Shown: piece by piece, positions 1 to 10,935 of the stretch
Position numbering within the stretch: the stretch's first letter is position 1
Layout: each line of letters begins with the position of its first letter
Source of the DNA: an uncultured cyanobacterium
GTDB lineage: Bacteria > Cyanobacteriota > Cyanobacteriia > Cyanobacteriales > CAWCAG01
NCBI GenBank assembly: GCA_963793425.1
Contig: CAWCAG010000001.1
Location: forward strand, 366,231-430,230
Reading direction: 5' to 3'
Length of the DNA: 64,000 bases
Made by a program: the position numbers and the translations under genes
The notes under the pieces: model-generated
Seen by the model: only the letters and a program-made list of their open reading frames with translations
The model's database searches: none
Told to the model about the DNA's origin: nothing

Positions 1-2101
1 TCCCATTAGCATCAGTAGGAGTGGAATTAAAATCACCTTGCCCAGCCTTAACTAGTTCCCCATCTCCTTGTAAGATACGGGAGAGTTTGGTTAACTTCAA
101 ATAACCAGTGTAAACCCGATCAATGGTTGTATTTTTATTCAGGACAGCACCTCCATTACTAATGGTTGCAGTTAAGGGTACGGGATAACCAGGCTCATTA
201 TCACCAGAGGCTGCATCCGTTGAAAGGGAGGTATTGTTAGGTAAGTCGATTTCTACACCGTAGTTAAATTGCTGGTTAGGAGCAACATTAGGAACAACAA
301 TGGGAGTACCTGTTGTCGTGAATGTATTATTAACTTGATCGTAAGTATAAGTTGCTGTAGCGCCAAGAGGACTAATAATTGTTACTTTAGTACCGTTAGG
401 TAAGTCGTTGGGGTTAGCTAGAGGTGAGGGTTCTATGGTTATATTTCCTTTGGTTTGCCCATTGTTAATAATAGTATTCGTGAAGTTGACCGGCCCCGGA
501 TCATAGGTGCTTCCCGGAGTCGCTTTAGCAGAAGGTAAAATCGCTGATTTGTTGGTAAAATCATCATTGTTACTGTTAGGGCCGGTTGCACCAGGGGCAT
601 TGTCAGGGCCATTAAGCAAGTCGTAGACTTTGGCAATCCCCAAAGGTAGTATATTAGCTTCACCAGCAGTTCCTGTACCAGTGTTGTTGTTACCGGGGTC
701 AGTACCTACAGTCCCTAACTCATCAGGTTGCCCGTCGCCGTTACCATCAGGTAAATAACCATCGGTAGCAGGGTCAAAAGCACCAGCAGTTTCATTGTAG
801 TTGCTAGGAGTTTGGTCACCAGATTCATCAACTACAGGGACAGTTCCCGCCGAATCAGATGCACCAAAGACTTGAGCAATATTAGCAATAGTAGCTGAAT
901 TGCCAGGAACATTGCTGGTAAGAACTTGGACACGGAAGGTTTGTACCGTTGTACCGGGACCAACAGAAGCTACAGAGTTGTTGTTGATGAAACCAACTCG
1001 TTTAACTGCACTAAAATTTCCCCCTGGCACTGTTGTTACCCACCGTGCCTTGGTTGCATCGTCGTAGGGAGTTGTTGCCGGATCATCAAGGGTATAAACA
1101 GCTGTCCAACCAGTAGGTGCAGTGGTAAGACCAGTTAGGACAGTACCCGCAGGAATCGCATCGGAAACGAGGATATGCTTCTCAGGCGTGCCATCAATAT
1201 TGATATTACTCAAAGGTAGCAACGGAGCAGGAATAAAACCCCCAGTTGTCGGGTCGTTTTGTTCTACCCTAAACTTCAAATCATAGGTGATTCTGTCATC
1301 GGTGATAATAGAAGAGTCTCCTGGCAGATATTCTGACCTAGTTTTCTCGATAGTTACCAAAGGCTGGTTTTTAGCTGCATCTCCTACCTTAATTCCCTGA
1401 GTATCGCTAGCTTCCCGCACCCCGTTAGCAGGAGCGCCAGGTGTTTCACCAATCGTACCGTCAGCAGCATCAACAGTGTAGACATCACCACCATTGGTAA
1501 TAAAGTCTTGGTTTTGACTATTACCAGGAGTGTTACCTAACTGAACGTTGATGGTATCTCCTGATTGAGGACTAGAATCAACGGTAATTGGTACTCGAAC
1601 CAGAATAGAACCTCTTGGTGCTAGAGGAGTAGTATCTAAAGACCCGGCCGTAATCGCCTGCCAACCATTGCCATCATTGTAATTAACTTCTAAGCTACCA
1701 CTAATAATACCTGGCCCTGTGAGGTTTGCAGTGTTAGGAATGCGGAACTTGGTTGTATCGTTACCAACGTTTGTAACTGTATATGTGTAGTAAAGTTCGT
1801 CATTTTTTGCGATGGGAGTGGTAGAGCCATCTTGCTTAGCAATACCTGATGCCTTCACAGTAATACCAGCAATCTCTGCAACTTCCACAGTCACTTTGTT
1901 GGACTTAGAAGTTAACTTCGCAGAAGGATCATTGGGGTCATTATAGGTTGCTGTTGCTGTGTTATCAATTTTCGTGCCAGCCGCCGTGTCTGGATCTGCA
2001 AGGGCTGGGAGAATGAGTTGCAAGTTACCACTGAGAATTAGTAGAGTACTTATAATGGGCAAGTAAGACTTGCGCGATTTAGTAGTGATGTTTTTAGCCA
2101 T
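1..2101 (-). CDS. Secreted DUF11/'conserved repeat domain' beta-rich surface protein, paralog of 6812..9274; 3' end lies beyond the left edge
   Basis: Missing from the ORF track because no stop falls in the window. ATG at 2101 gives MAKNITTKSRKSYLPIISTLLILSGNLQLILPALADPDTAAGTKIDNTATATYNDPNDP...VTVEVAEIAGITV. It shares TNVGND, HILVSDAIPAGT, DESGDQ.P.NYN and DFTNKS motifs with the 820-aa ORF. Confidence 0.85.
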   Translation of the reverse strand, partial: MAKNITTKSRKSYLPIISTLLILSGNLQLILPALADPDTAAGTKIDNTATATYNDPNDPSAKLTSKSNKVTVEVAEIAGITVKASGIAKQDGSTTPIAKNDELYYTYTVTNVGNDTTKFRIPNTANLTGPGIISGSLEVNYNDGNGWQAITAGSLDTTPLAPRGSILVRVPITVDSSPQSGDTINVQLGNTPGNSQNQDFITNGGDVYTVDAADGTIGETPGAPANGVREASDTQGIKVGDAAKNQPLVTIEKTRSEYLPGDSSIITDDRITYDLKFRVEQNDPTTGGFIPAPLLPLSNINIDGTPEKHILVSDAIPAGTVLTGLTTAPTGWTAVYTLDDPATTPYDDATKARWVTTVPGGNFSAVKRVGFINNNSVASVGPGTTVQTFRVQVLTSNVPGNSATIANIAQVFGASDSAGTVPVVDESGDQTPSNYNETAGAFDPATDGYLPDGNGDGQPDELGTVGTDPGNNNTGTGTAGEANILPLGIAKVYDLLNGPDNAPGATGPNSNNDDFTNKSAILPSAKATPGSTYDPGPVNFTNTIINNGQTKGNITIEPSPLANPNDLPNGTKVTIISPLGATATYTYDQVNNTFTTTGTPIVVPNVAPNQQFNYGVEIDLPNNTSLSTDAASGDNEPGYPVPLTATISNGGAVLNKNTTIDRVYTGYLKLTKLSRILQGDGELVKAGQGDFNSTPTDANG

Positions 2102-2662
2102 ATTTGCCTTTCATTAAGAAAGATAAAATAGAAGTTTGTCGGTTTGATATTTTTCTTTGCTGAACTTATATTCATTATTTGTTCTCAGTGTTTATGATGA
2201 TGTGTGTTTAAACGTATACTTTGAATTTAGTTGGATACCTCACCCTTTTGCTCTGTAGTTTTGTAAGGTAAATGCCTTCACAGGAAAGTCATACCTGCAA
2301 TCCTCAGAAAAAATCATTTCAGGAAAGAAAAATTTTGAGGCAACAAAAAATAGACTTTAAACAAACACAAAACAAACATTTTGGCTAACTTAGGGTTCAT
2401 AAATAAGTACTTTTTGGTACGCTCACCTGCCTAAAGGAGTATTGAGGCTTGCATTTTTGGGGATCTTTATCTCCCCATAGTTGAAAGTTTCTGAGATTAT
2501 TCTTTCTTAAGGCTCAGGGTTTGTTGATATTTATTATGTTATCTTGTCAAGCTAGACCCCAATAATTTTTTTGATTTTAATAACAATTTCCCTTAACAAG
2601 AAACACAATTTAGTATTTTTGGGTCTTTCAATAATACGAGAATAATTTAGGTCAATATCCCC

Positions 2663-5600
2663 ATGAAACTATACAGGCGGCATCTTTATTGGTTGTTGTT
2701 CCTGCTTTCCTTCACTGGAAATCTTTATAGCCAAAAAGCTGTCCAAGCTCAAGTAATAATACCTGCTAATGACGGTACTGGTACGATTGTTACCCCAGAA
2801 GGGAATCGCCTTGATATTTCTGGCGGTACTCTAACTCCAGATGGAGCAAATCTTTTTCATAGTTGGCAACAATTTGGCTTAAATGCAGGGCAAGTTGCTA
2901 ACTTTATTTCTAACCCAGAAATTAGCAATATTCTAGGGCGAGTTGTGGGGGGAAATCCTTCGGTAATTGATGGTTTGATTCAAATTAGTGGCGGCAACTC
3001 CAACTTATTTTTACTTAACCCCGCAGGAATTGTTTTTCTTAATAATGCTCAATTAAATGTTCCTGGAGATTTTACAGCTACCACTGCTACAGGAATTGGT
3101 TTCGGTAATAATAATTGGTTTGATGCTTTTGGTGGCAATAACTACCAAAACTTGGTTGGTGATCCGACTCAATTTGCCTTTGATTTATCCCAACCAGGGG
3201 TAATAGTTAATGCAGGTAATTTAGCTGTAGCAACAGGAGAAAACTTAAGCTTATTAAGTGGCAGTATTTATAACACCGGAAACCTCAGCGCCCCAGCCGG
3301 GAAAGTAACCTTAATGAGTGTCCCCGGAAGCAGTGTGGTGAGAATTAGCCAACCAGGAAACTTGTTAAGCTTAGAAGTCAAACCTCCTGGTAATACAGGA
3401 TTTCGTGCTTTAGATTTACCTGCTTTGTTAACTGGATCTCTGCAAAATATTGATACGGGTTTAGAAATTAATCAAGGAAAAGTACAACTGGTTTATTCTG
3501 GAGAAACCATTCCTACCCAACCAGGTACAACCATAGTTTCTGGCAACATAGATGTTTCCTCCCCTACTAATCAAGGGGGCAATGTAGATATTTTGGGTTC
3601 CCGCGTCGGTATAGTGGGAGCAAATATTGATGCAGTGGGTAATCAGGGCGGCACAGTGAGGATTGGGGGAGATTACCAAGGCAAGGGCGGCATACCCAAT
3701 GCTGATTTTATTTATATTGGTAGCAACTCCCTAATCAACGCCTCTGGAAGCAAAGGAGATGGGGGTAGGGTAATTGTTTGGGCAGATAAGACAACTAATT
3801 TCCAAGGTGACATTGTTGCTAAGGGAGGAATGAATGGAGGTGATGGGGGTTTTGTGGAAGTTTCTGGTAAGCAAAACCTTTGGTTTCGGGGGAAAGTAGA
3901 TTTAAGCGCCCCCCAAGGAAAATTGGGAACCCTCTTATTAGATCCTGAAGATATCCTCATCATTAATAGTGGTGGTAATAATAGTGCTTTAGCCGATAAT
4001 CAAATTCTTTTTAGCGATCGCCCCAATGAAACCTTCACTATTTCTGCTGCCACCCTTGAGAGTTTAAACGGTAACATTTTATTAGAAGCTACCGAAAATA
4101 TTATCCTCGACTCCGCCCTCTCTTTAAAATTCGTTCCTGGGGGAGATATAACCTTTACAGCAGACTCTGATGGCAATGGTAGTGGTGCTTTCACCATGGG
4201 TAGTAACCAATCCCTAACTACATCAGGAAGGGATCTAACTATCTCTGCTGCAACCATAGAAGCCGGGAATATTAATACATTGTCCGATTCTGGTAGTGGT
4301 GGTGCGGTGCTATTAAGCGCTAACCAAGGGAGATTAAAAGTAGGAGATATTAACACCGCCTCAACTGCCCCCTTAACTGCCAGTACCAAAGATGGCGGAG
4401 AAGTTAACTTAGAAGCAACTGCGGGGCAAATACAAGCCGGGAATATTGATACTTCTTCTACTTTTGGTAGAGGGGGGGCAGTGCAACTATCTACATCCAA
4501 CATTGCTACCCTCAAAACCGTCAACACTCAGGGTAGGGAAGCCGGGGGCAACTTCACTAGTAATAGTCTCTTGCTACGGGTAACAGACACTTTTCTTAAC
4601 AACAACAACATCACAGCTAGTATTTCCACTACTGCTTCTTCAGGTACAGGAGGATTGATCGATATCAATCACCGTAGCGGCGAATATAACATTCCCTTCA
4701 TTGTCGGCAAAGCGAATTTCAATGGTACTACCGGAGCGGTTACTAGCGGCGACTTTACCATTTTGCCCGATCCCCAAAACTTCCCCTCTTCCTTTAACTC
4801 AGGTTCTGTTAACCTAACCACTCCTGAACCTGTGACTGCTTGCCCCCCAGAATGCGAAGAAAGCGAAGAAGAACAAAAAGTCGAATCCCTTGAACAAGTA
4901 CCTGCTGTAACCATGGTAGGGCAAATAGAAAGCACTTATACCGAAGAGTTTACTGATTTTCTTGGTACTACCGCCCCCCAACCAGTCAGCGTCGAAGAAA
5001 CCATAGATACCTTGCGCGAAAGCCAAGAACTTACAGGCAAAAAATCAGTCGTTATCTATGCAGAGTTTGTTGATGATAACTTAGAAATTGCCTTAGTAAG
5101 TCCTAACAGACAACCCGTTAGGTACAAAATAGAAGGGGCAGAAAAAGAAAAAGTCATAGAAACCGTCCTCCAATTCAATCGCGCCCTTGCCAATGTACGC
5201 CGCCCTCAAGTTTATCTTCCTGCTTCCCAACAACTTTATGAGTGGATTATCGCCCCAGTTGCTCAAGAATTAGCAGCGGAGGATGTGGATCACCTCAGTT
5301 TTGTTATGGATGCTGGCTTGCGTTCCTTGCCTCTAGCGGCTTTGCATAGCGGCAAAGGCTTCTTGATTGAGGAATACAGCGTTGGCTTATTACCAAGTAT
5401 TTCTTTAACTAACTTTAACTATTTAGATAGCCAAGAACAACAAGTCCTCGCCATGGGGGCAGAACATTTCACTCGGCAAATTTCTTTACCTGCCGTCCCT
5501 TTGGAGTTACAATCAATTGTTGGTAGCTTATGGTCTGGTAAGTCCTTTATCAATGAAGCTTTCACCTTAGAAAACCTCCAACAAGCTCGTGCTTCCCAAT

Positions 5601-6100
5601 CCTTTGGTATCATTCACTTAGCTACTCATAGTAAGTTTCGCCCCGGCAAACCGAGTAACTCTTACATTCAGCTTTGGGATACTAAGCTAGGATTAGACGA
5701 CTTACCTAAGCTAAGTTTAAACAGTCCCCCAGTAGATTTATTAGTACTTTCTGCTTGTGAAACTGCTGTAGGAAGTACCGAAGCAGAGTTAGGCTTTGCG
5801 GGCTTGACAGTGCAAGCTGGGGTTAACTCTGCCCTTGGTAGTCTTTGGGCTGTTAGCGATGAAGCAACTTTAGGACTCATGGGAGGTTTTTACGAACAAC
5901 TAAGAGAATCTCCTAAAGCAGAAGCACTACGCCAAGCACAGTTAGGAATGCTGCAAGGGAAAGTTAAGTTGGAAGATGGCTATGTGGTTACAGGTTCGAG
6001 GAAGTTACCTTTACCTGCAAAGTTAAGAAAGTTAGGCAATCAAGACTTTTCTCATCCCTACTATTGGAGTGCTTTTACCATGATTGGTGATCCATGGTGA
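2663..6100 (+). CDS. Filamentous-haemagglutinin (TPS secretion domain) beta-helix protein with C-terminal CHAT (caspase-like) peptidase
   Basis: Signal peptide; NLFHSWQQF and LLNPAGI TPS motifs; [14 protein letters not shown] repeats; CHAT dyad motifs IIHLATH and [10 protein letters not shown]-terminal HPYYWSAF. Confidence 0.9.
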   Translation: MKLYRRHLYWLLFLLSFTGNLYSQKAVQAQVIIPANDGTGTIVTPEGNRLDISGGTLTPDGANLFHSWQQFGLNAGQVANFISNPEISNILGRVVGGNPSVIDGLIQISGGNSNLFLLNPAGIVFLNNAQLNVPGDFTATTATGIGFGNNNWFDAFGGNNYQNLVGDPTQFAFDLSQPGVIVNAGNLAVATGENLSLLSGSIYNTGNLSAPAGKVTLMSVPGSSVVRISQPGNLLSLEVKPPGNTGFRALDLPALLTGSLQNIDTGLEINQGKVQLVYSGETIPTQPGTTIVSGNIDVSSPTNQGGNVDILGSRVGIVGANIDAVGNQGGTVRIGGDYQGKGGIPNADFIYIGSNSLINASGSKGDGGRVIVWADKTTNFQGDIVAKGGMNGGDGGFVEVSGKQNLWFRGKVDLSAPQGKLGTLLLDPEDILIINSGGNNSALADNQILFSDRPNETFTISAATLESLNGNILLEATENIILDSALSLKFVPGGDITFTADSDGNGSGAFTMGSNQSLTTSGRDLTISAATIEAGNINTLSDSGSGGAVLLSANQGRLKVGDINTASTAPLTASTKDGGEVNLEATAGQIQAGNIDTSSTFGRGGAVQLSTSNIATLKTVNTQGREAGGNFTSNSLLLRVTDTFLNNNNITASISTTASSGTGGLIDINHRSGEYNIPFIVGKANFNGTTGAVTSGDFTILPDPQNFPSSFNSGSVNLTTPEPVTACPPECEESEEEQKVESLEQVPAVTMVGQIESTYTEEFTDFLGTTAPQPVSVEETIDTLRESQELTGKKSVVIYAEFVDDNLEIALVSPNRQPVRYKIEGAEKEKVIETVLQFNRALANVRRPQVYLPASQQLYEWIIAPVAQELAAEDVDHLSFVMDAGLRSLPLAALHSGKGFLIEEYSVGLLPSISLTNFNYLDSQEQQVLAMGAEHFTRQISLPAVPLELQSIVGSLWSGKSFINEAFTLENLQQARASQSFGIIHLATHSKFRPGKPSNSYIQLWDTKLGLDDLPKLSLNSPPVDLLVLSACETAVGSTEAELGFAGLTVQAGVNSALGSLWAVSDEATLGLMGGFYEQLRESPKAEALRQAQLGMLQGKVKLEDGYVVTGSRKLPLPAKLRKLGNQDFSHPYYWSAFTMIGDPW

Positions 6101-6161
6101 TGTTCATTGAACATTGAACATTTTTCCTAGGAGGATAATTCTTGATTGCCAGCTATTTATC

Positions 6162-6719
6162 CTACTTAATTGAAACTTGGTAGGAAGCTTGTACCTGCTC
6201 CTGTGCTACTATAGCCTGTTCAAAGCTCCAACGAATGTGAGTATAGGACTCGGCAGGAGCTGGTTGCTCGATGATTGTACCATTGTTATCTACTTGGATA
6301 GTTGGTTCTGTACTGAAAGTTGCACCGTTATCGATACTGTAGGTGATAGTAGCAACATTGCTACTATCTGCTGAATCTAAAACAAAGATAGTTTGTGTAG
6401 GAATAGGCTGGGTAATTACAAAGTCGTTTGCTGTAGCATCACCAGTATTTTCACCACTAACCGTGTAACGAAGAACATCCCCTGGTACAACCGTAGCTTC
6501 TCCTGCCAGTTCTTGCCAGTCAATTTGTTCATTTCCAGAACCATCAACTGTGATCATACGCTTAGCTGCATCCAAGTCTAACTTAACTTCAGGGCGATTC
6601 AGAAGTTGGGCGATTTTGGTTCCTGCCTCGCGGATACTAGCCCGCACTGGTGAACTAGCTAAAACTGGAACTGTAATAACAAGAGCGATTGCACTGAGAC
6701 TAAGAACGAGACGTTTCAT
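6162..6719 (-). CDS. Small secreted DUF11/conserved-repeat-domain protein
   Basis: Signal peptide; VVPGDVLRYTV.GEN.G, QPIP and YSIDNG.TFS..P...YTHIRW motifs. Confidence 0.8.
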   Translation of the reverse strand: MKRLVLSLSAIALVITVPVLASSPVRASIREAGTKIAQLLNRPEVKLDLDAAKRMITVDGSGNEQIDWQELAGEATVVPGDVLRYTVSGENTGDATANDFVITQPIPTQTIFVLDSADSSNVATITYSIDNGATFSTEPTIQVDNNGTIIEQPAPAESYTHIRWSFEQAIVAQEQVQASYQVSIK

Positions 6720-6811
6720 GATAAACCTCTATTATCTACAAATTAGTACTTTGAAAGAAAGTCGGCGAGAAAAATTTTTACTCGCCAATTGTGTCTGCTG
6801 TAACCAAGATT

Positions 6812-9274
6812 TTAATTAACCTTGCGTTGGAAGCTAAACTCACCCGATACACCAGGAGCAACATTGCTGATTGTGTCTATATATTTAGTAATATCTACAC
6901 CCACTGCATCTAAGACGCTACCACCACCAAGGTCAAAGTACGCAACAACACCGCCGTTATCATCGCTAGCTTGCCCAACAACATGGCTGGTATCAGTTTC
7001 GCCATTACTGTCGTTGTCTAAGGCCCAGTTGTTATCGATAGCTACATCAGCACCATCTTCAGTAATTATTACTGTGCTGGCATTTAAGCCGATGTTTCCT
7101 ACACCACCACCAGGGGTAGAGATATTGCTGTAGGTGACAGTATATTCAATGATATTACCCGGTGCAGGGGGGTTATCAGGATCGCTAACTATTGGGCCAT
7201 CTCCTTGTAGAACTTGGAAAGTTTTTTCTAGTTTTAAATAACCAGTGTAAAGCCGATCAATCGTGGTGTTCTCTGCTTCAAAAGTTCCGTCACCATCGGT
7301 ATCTAGTTTAGCAACAACTTGTACAGGGAAACCAAACTCTGTATCTCCAGTGTAATCCTCAATTGTGTCGGTAGAAAGAGGTGTGTTGGTAGGTAAATCA
7401 ATTTCTACATTGTAGGCAACAGGAACATTTGGAAGTACTCCTTTTCCTGGACCACCGACAAGAGGCAGCGAGTTGTCAAAGACAATCGCTACGCCATTAG
7501 TGAGAGTAAAGGTTCCTGTGGCTTGAACATACTGGTAAGTGGCAGATTTAATTGGATTAGTAGGGTCAAGAATATCTGCTGCGGTTATAGTAACCACAGT
7601 TTGATCTGGCAGATCAAGGGGGTTAACTGGGGCAACAGGTTCTAGGGTAACATCAGCAGACTGGCCACTCTGATTGACAAAAGTGTTCACAAACGTTACG
7701 GGATCGGGGTCAATGGTAGAACCTGGTTTGGTGTATTTGATAATTGGTGTAGATTTGTTGGTAAAGTCGTCGTTACTGTCCGTTGGTCCAATGGCATCCA
7801 CAACATCTTTGGGACCATTTAAAATATCTCCCACTGCAGGTAAGGCAATCTCGATAAAGTTTGCTTCACCACCAGGACCATCACCAGTGTTGTCGTTGTT
7901 GGTATCAATACCAATACTAGCAGTTAAAGCTGCTAAATCCGTAGCATCAAGTAAGCCGGTATCAGTGATGGGGTCAAAAACATCTACAGTACCATTAGCA
8001 GGGTTGTAGTTATTCGGATTTTGGTCACCAGATTCATCATAAACAAGAATGTCAGGAACTCCGTCTGTAGCACCAAAAGCTTGGACGATGTTGGCTACAT
8101 TTAAAGGTGAAGTTGCAGTGGCAATAACTCCTAACTGGAGAGAAAAACCGTTAACAGTTTGCCCTGGAGTAACAGTAGCTACTGTACTGTTGATGAAACC
8201 AACACGAGTTACAGGACCAGTCAAATCTCCTATATCTGTTCTCCAGTTGGCATCTACAGCAGCAGTAGCGATGAAACTATCTGTGTAAACAGTTATCCAG
8301 CCGCTAGGGGCAACCGGCGTGCCTTGTAATTCTGTTCCTGCGGGAATAGCATCCGAGATGAGGATATGAGCCTTAACGACACCATCAACATTAATATCTA
8401 TACCAGCCAGAGGTGCAGGGTTAAGCCCTATACCTGTTGGATCACTAGATTCAACCTGCAAACTAAGATCATAGGTAAGAACATCGTCGATAATATTGAG
8501 AGGATCGCCCTTATCGTGGTTAGTTTGGGTTTTAAGGACTTTTGCTAGGGCTGTTGGTGAGGCTTCTACTGTTGCTTCTTGAAGAACACTGGTTTCGCTT
8601 TCACCATTAGCTGGGGCCGGAGTACTATCATCAATTGTTTGTAAGTCGCTACCATCACCAGCATCAACTAATGACTGACTTGTACCATCGTTATTGGCTG
8701 CATTACCCAGTCGAACACCAATGGTTTCTCCGGAATTAGCGTTGCTGTCAACACTTACTGTCACCCTGACTTTAATTGAGCCATCGGCAGCAATGGCAGT
8801 AGTCGTAGTTAGACCGTTCGCAGGAACTGACGTTTCAAACGTACCATCTCCATCTAAATCTACATCTACAGAGGTAATAGTACCAGGGCCTGTGATATTG
8901 ATACTGTCCTGGTCGGGGATAAATAATTGCGTTGGATCATTACCAACGTTAGTAATGGTGTAGTCGTAAAAGATTTGATCATTCCGAGCAATTTTGCCAC
9001 CATTATCATCAATTACACCAGCATTCGTTGCTGTAATACCAGAAACTTCTGCTACGGTGACGGTAATAGTATCAGAAGTTGCATTGATGATATTAAGAGG
9101 ATCGGTTAAATCAATATAAGTTGCAGTTGCAGTGTTTTTAATCTCTTGGCCAGCTTGAGTGTCAGCTAGAACAGGAGAAATCAACCGAAAGTTACCGCTA
9201 ACTATCAAAGCAGTAGTAAGGAAAATCCAATATAATCTGCTTGTCTTTCTGAAGGTTTGACGTGCCATATTCAT
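6812..9274 (-). CDS. Large secreted DUF11-like beta-rich surface protein (820 aa)
   Basis: Signal peptide, then AGQEIKNTATATY; D/G/N/T-rich with DxDGDG-type loops; C-terminal PGNIIEYTVTYSN...FSFQRKVN module. Confidence 0.85.
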   Translation of the reverse strand: MNMARQTFRKTSRLYWIFLTTALIVSGNFRLISPVLADTQAGQEIKNTATATYIDLTDPLNIINATSDTITVTVAEVSGITATNAGVIDDNGGKIARNDQIFYDYTITNVGNDPTQLFIPDQDSINITGPGTITSVDVDLDGDGTFETSVPANGLTTTTAIAADGSIKVRVTVSVDSNANSGETIGVRLGNAANNDGTSQSLVDAGDGSDLQTIDDSTPAPANGESETSVLQEATVEASPTALAKVLKTQTNHDKGDPLNIIDDVLTYDLSLQVESSDPTGIGLNPAPLAGIDINVDGVVKAHILISDAIPAGTELQGTPVAPSGWITVYTDSFIATAAVDANWRTDIGDLTGPVTRVGFINSTVATVTPGQTVNGFSLQLGVIATATSPLNVANIVQAFGATDGVPDILVYDESGDQNPNNYNPANGTVDVFDPITDTGLLDATDLAALTASIGIDTNNDNTGDGPGGEANFIEIALPAVGDILNGPKDVVDAIGPTDSNDDFTNKSTPIIKYTKPGSTIDPDPVTFVNTFVNQSGQSADVTLEPVAPVNPLDLPDQTVVTITAADILDPTNPIKSATYQYVQATGTFTLTNGVAIVFDNSLPLVGGPGKGVLPNVPVAYNVEIDLPTNTPLSTDTIEDYTGDTEFGFPVQVVAKLDTDGDGTFEAENTTIDRLYTGYLKLEKTFQVLQGDGPIVSDPDNPPAPGNIIEYTVTYSNISTPGGGVGNIGLNASTVIITEDGADVAIDNNWALDNDSNGETDTSHVVGQASDDNGGVVAYFDLGGGSVLDAVGVDITKYIDTISNVAPGVSGEFSFQRKVN

Positions 9275-9723
9275 TCACTAGGAATAAGTTTGAATTAAAT
9301 GCTGATGTATTGTCTTTAGGGAAGATAGGATGAGACTTATAGCCTCATTTAGTTAATGAGGCTATGTAGCAGATCCACAGTTTGTCTTTGTGATATTTTC
9401 AATTCAGTTTCTCAAGATTTGTTTTTCTCTAGACAACATTAAATTCATACTAATAAGCTGATGTGTGCGTTAATGTTGTTGCAATCTGTAAATATTCAAA
9501 TCTATCTTTTGTTTAGGGGTTTATTTTCTCTTTCTCTGGAGCAAAATCCCTTACACAAGGATAAATAGAAGACTTTGCTAAAGTTGAGAATTCAAGAGAA
9601 AATATTTTCTGACAACCTGCATTAAGTAAACAAAACAAACAATAAGCAAACAGATAAATAAACAATGACTAACTTTATATTTGTCATTTTTAAAATGCTA
9701 AATGACATTTTAAATTTAACTTC

Positions 9724-10821
9724 TTACCCATGGGTGATAGGTAAAGAAAAGCGGAAGGTACTGCCTTCACCTAACTCACTTTCTACCTCAATTTTGCCCC
9801 CTTGCAACTCTACTAAATGACGAGCGATCGCTAAACCAATTCCTGTACCTCCTGAATGGCGCGATCGCGAACGATCTGCTCTCCAGAAGCGTTCAAAAAC
9901 ATGACTTAGGTTTTCTGGGGCAATTCCTGGCCCTGTATCAATTACAGCTATCCAAACATAACTATTGTCTGCCCAAGCACGAACGGTAATAGAGCCTTTT
10001 TCGGTGTAAAGTAAGGCATTACCAAGTAAGTTAACTAAAACCTGTTCTGTGCGGTCAATATCTGCTACAATTGGCGGTAAATTTTCAGGACAATCTAACT
10101 GTAAAGTAGGGCCTTCTTCCCAGAGTTGATCGGCAAATCTTGCTACTAATGATTTCAACAAAGGTAACAGAGGCAAAGGTTTGAGGTCGATTGGTAAATA
10201 GCCTGCTTCCGCTTTAGATAGTTCCTGCAAGTCATTAACTAACCTCTCTAAGCGTTTTGTTTCTCGTACCAAACGCAGATATACTTCCGGGGATGATTCA
10301 ATGCTGCCATCAGCTAATTCTTCTAAATAACCCCGTACCACCGTGAGAGGAGTACGCAATTCGTGGGTCATATCCCCAATTAACTCCCGCCTCTGCTGTT
10401 CTACTCCTTCTAAACTATCAGCCATACGATTGAAGCTTTTACCCAATTGATTTAACTCCGGAATTTCTGTATCTGGCATTCTTTCTTGTAAGTTACCTGC
10501 GGCTAGTTTCTGGGTTACTTCTTCCATTTGTTTTAGGGGTTGCATGATACGCCGAGAAATTAAGTAACTGAGTCCCCCTGCTGCCGTTGCACCCACAATA
10601 GCCGGCCAAATGATACTGCGATTCCAAGCAGCTTGAAAACCCCGAATTAAGAAGGTGCGGGAAGAACGAACAGTAACAAAGCCTCTTCTTTCTAACTGTT
10701 CGAGTTGCAAGACAAATGTTTTGGGAGAAGCGAATTTAGAAACTAAGGTAAGACTACCAAAGCCGACTACTATTACTAGTAGGTGCGAGAAGAATAAGCG
10801 TTTACCTAAGCCTAATGCCAT
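9724..10821 (-). CDS. Membrane sensor histidine kinase (HAMP-HisKA-HATPase, BaeS-like)
   Basis: Two TM segments; HAMP; H-box HELRTPL; N-box NLLGNA; G boxes DTGPGI and GGTGIGL. Confidence 0.9.
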   Translation of the reverse strand: MALGLGKRLFFSHLLVIVVGFGSLTLVSKFASPKTFVLQLEQLERRGFVTVRSSRTFLIRGFQAAWNRSIIWPAIVGATAAGGLSYLISRRIMQPLKQMEEVTQKLAAGNLQERMPDTEIPELNQLGKSFNRMADSLEGVEQQRRELIGDMTHELRTPLTVVRGYLEELADGSIESSPEVYLRLVRETKRLERLVNDLQELSKAEAGYLPIDLKPLPLLPLLKSLVARFADQLWEEGPTLQLDCPENLPPIVADIDRTEQVLVNLLGNALLYTEKGSITVRAWADNSYVWIAVIDTGPGIAPENLSHVFERFWRADRSRSRHSGGTGIGLAIARHLVELQGGKIEVESELGEGSTFRFSLPITHG

Positions 10822-10880
10822 TTTTCATTTAACATTTAACATTGATCATTTATCAGTAGTTTGAGAAAGGAAGGTAAGGC

Positions 10881-10930
10881 AATTAGCAATTAGCCACTAG
10901 CCACTAGCCACTAGCCGTTAGCCGTTAGCA
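10881..10930. repeat. Short tandem heptamer repeat (CTAGCCA/TTAGCCG type, STRR-like)
   Basis: aattagcaattagccactagccactagccactagccgttagccgttagc. Confidence 0.85.
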
Positions 10931-10935
10931 AAGTT

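Noticed and set aside
2380..2520. Possible c-di-GMP/c-di-AMP riboswitch upstream of the surface-protein genes
   Set aside because: Hairpins are present, but I could not place the conserved core motifs in the right order; needs an Infernal/Rfam scan.
439..9109. Many short ORFs nested in or antisense to the DUF11 and FHA-CHAT genes
   Set aside because: Shadow frames of long, motif-supported CDSs.
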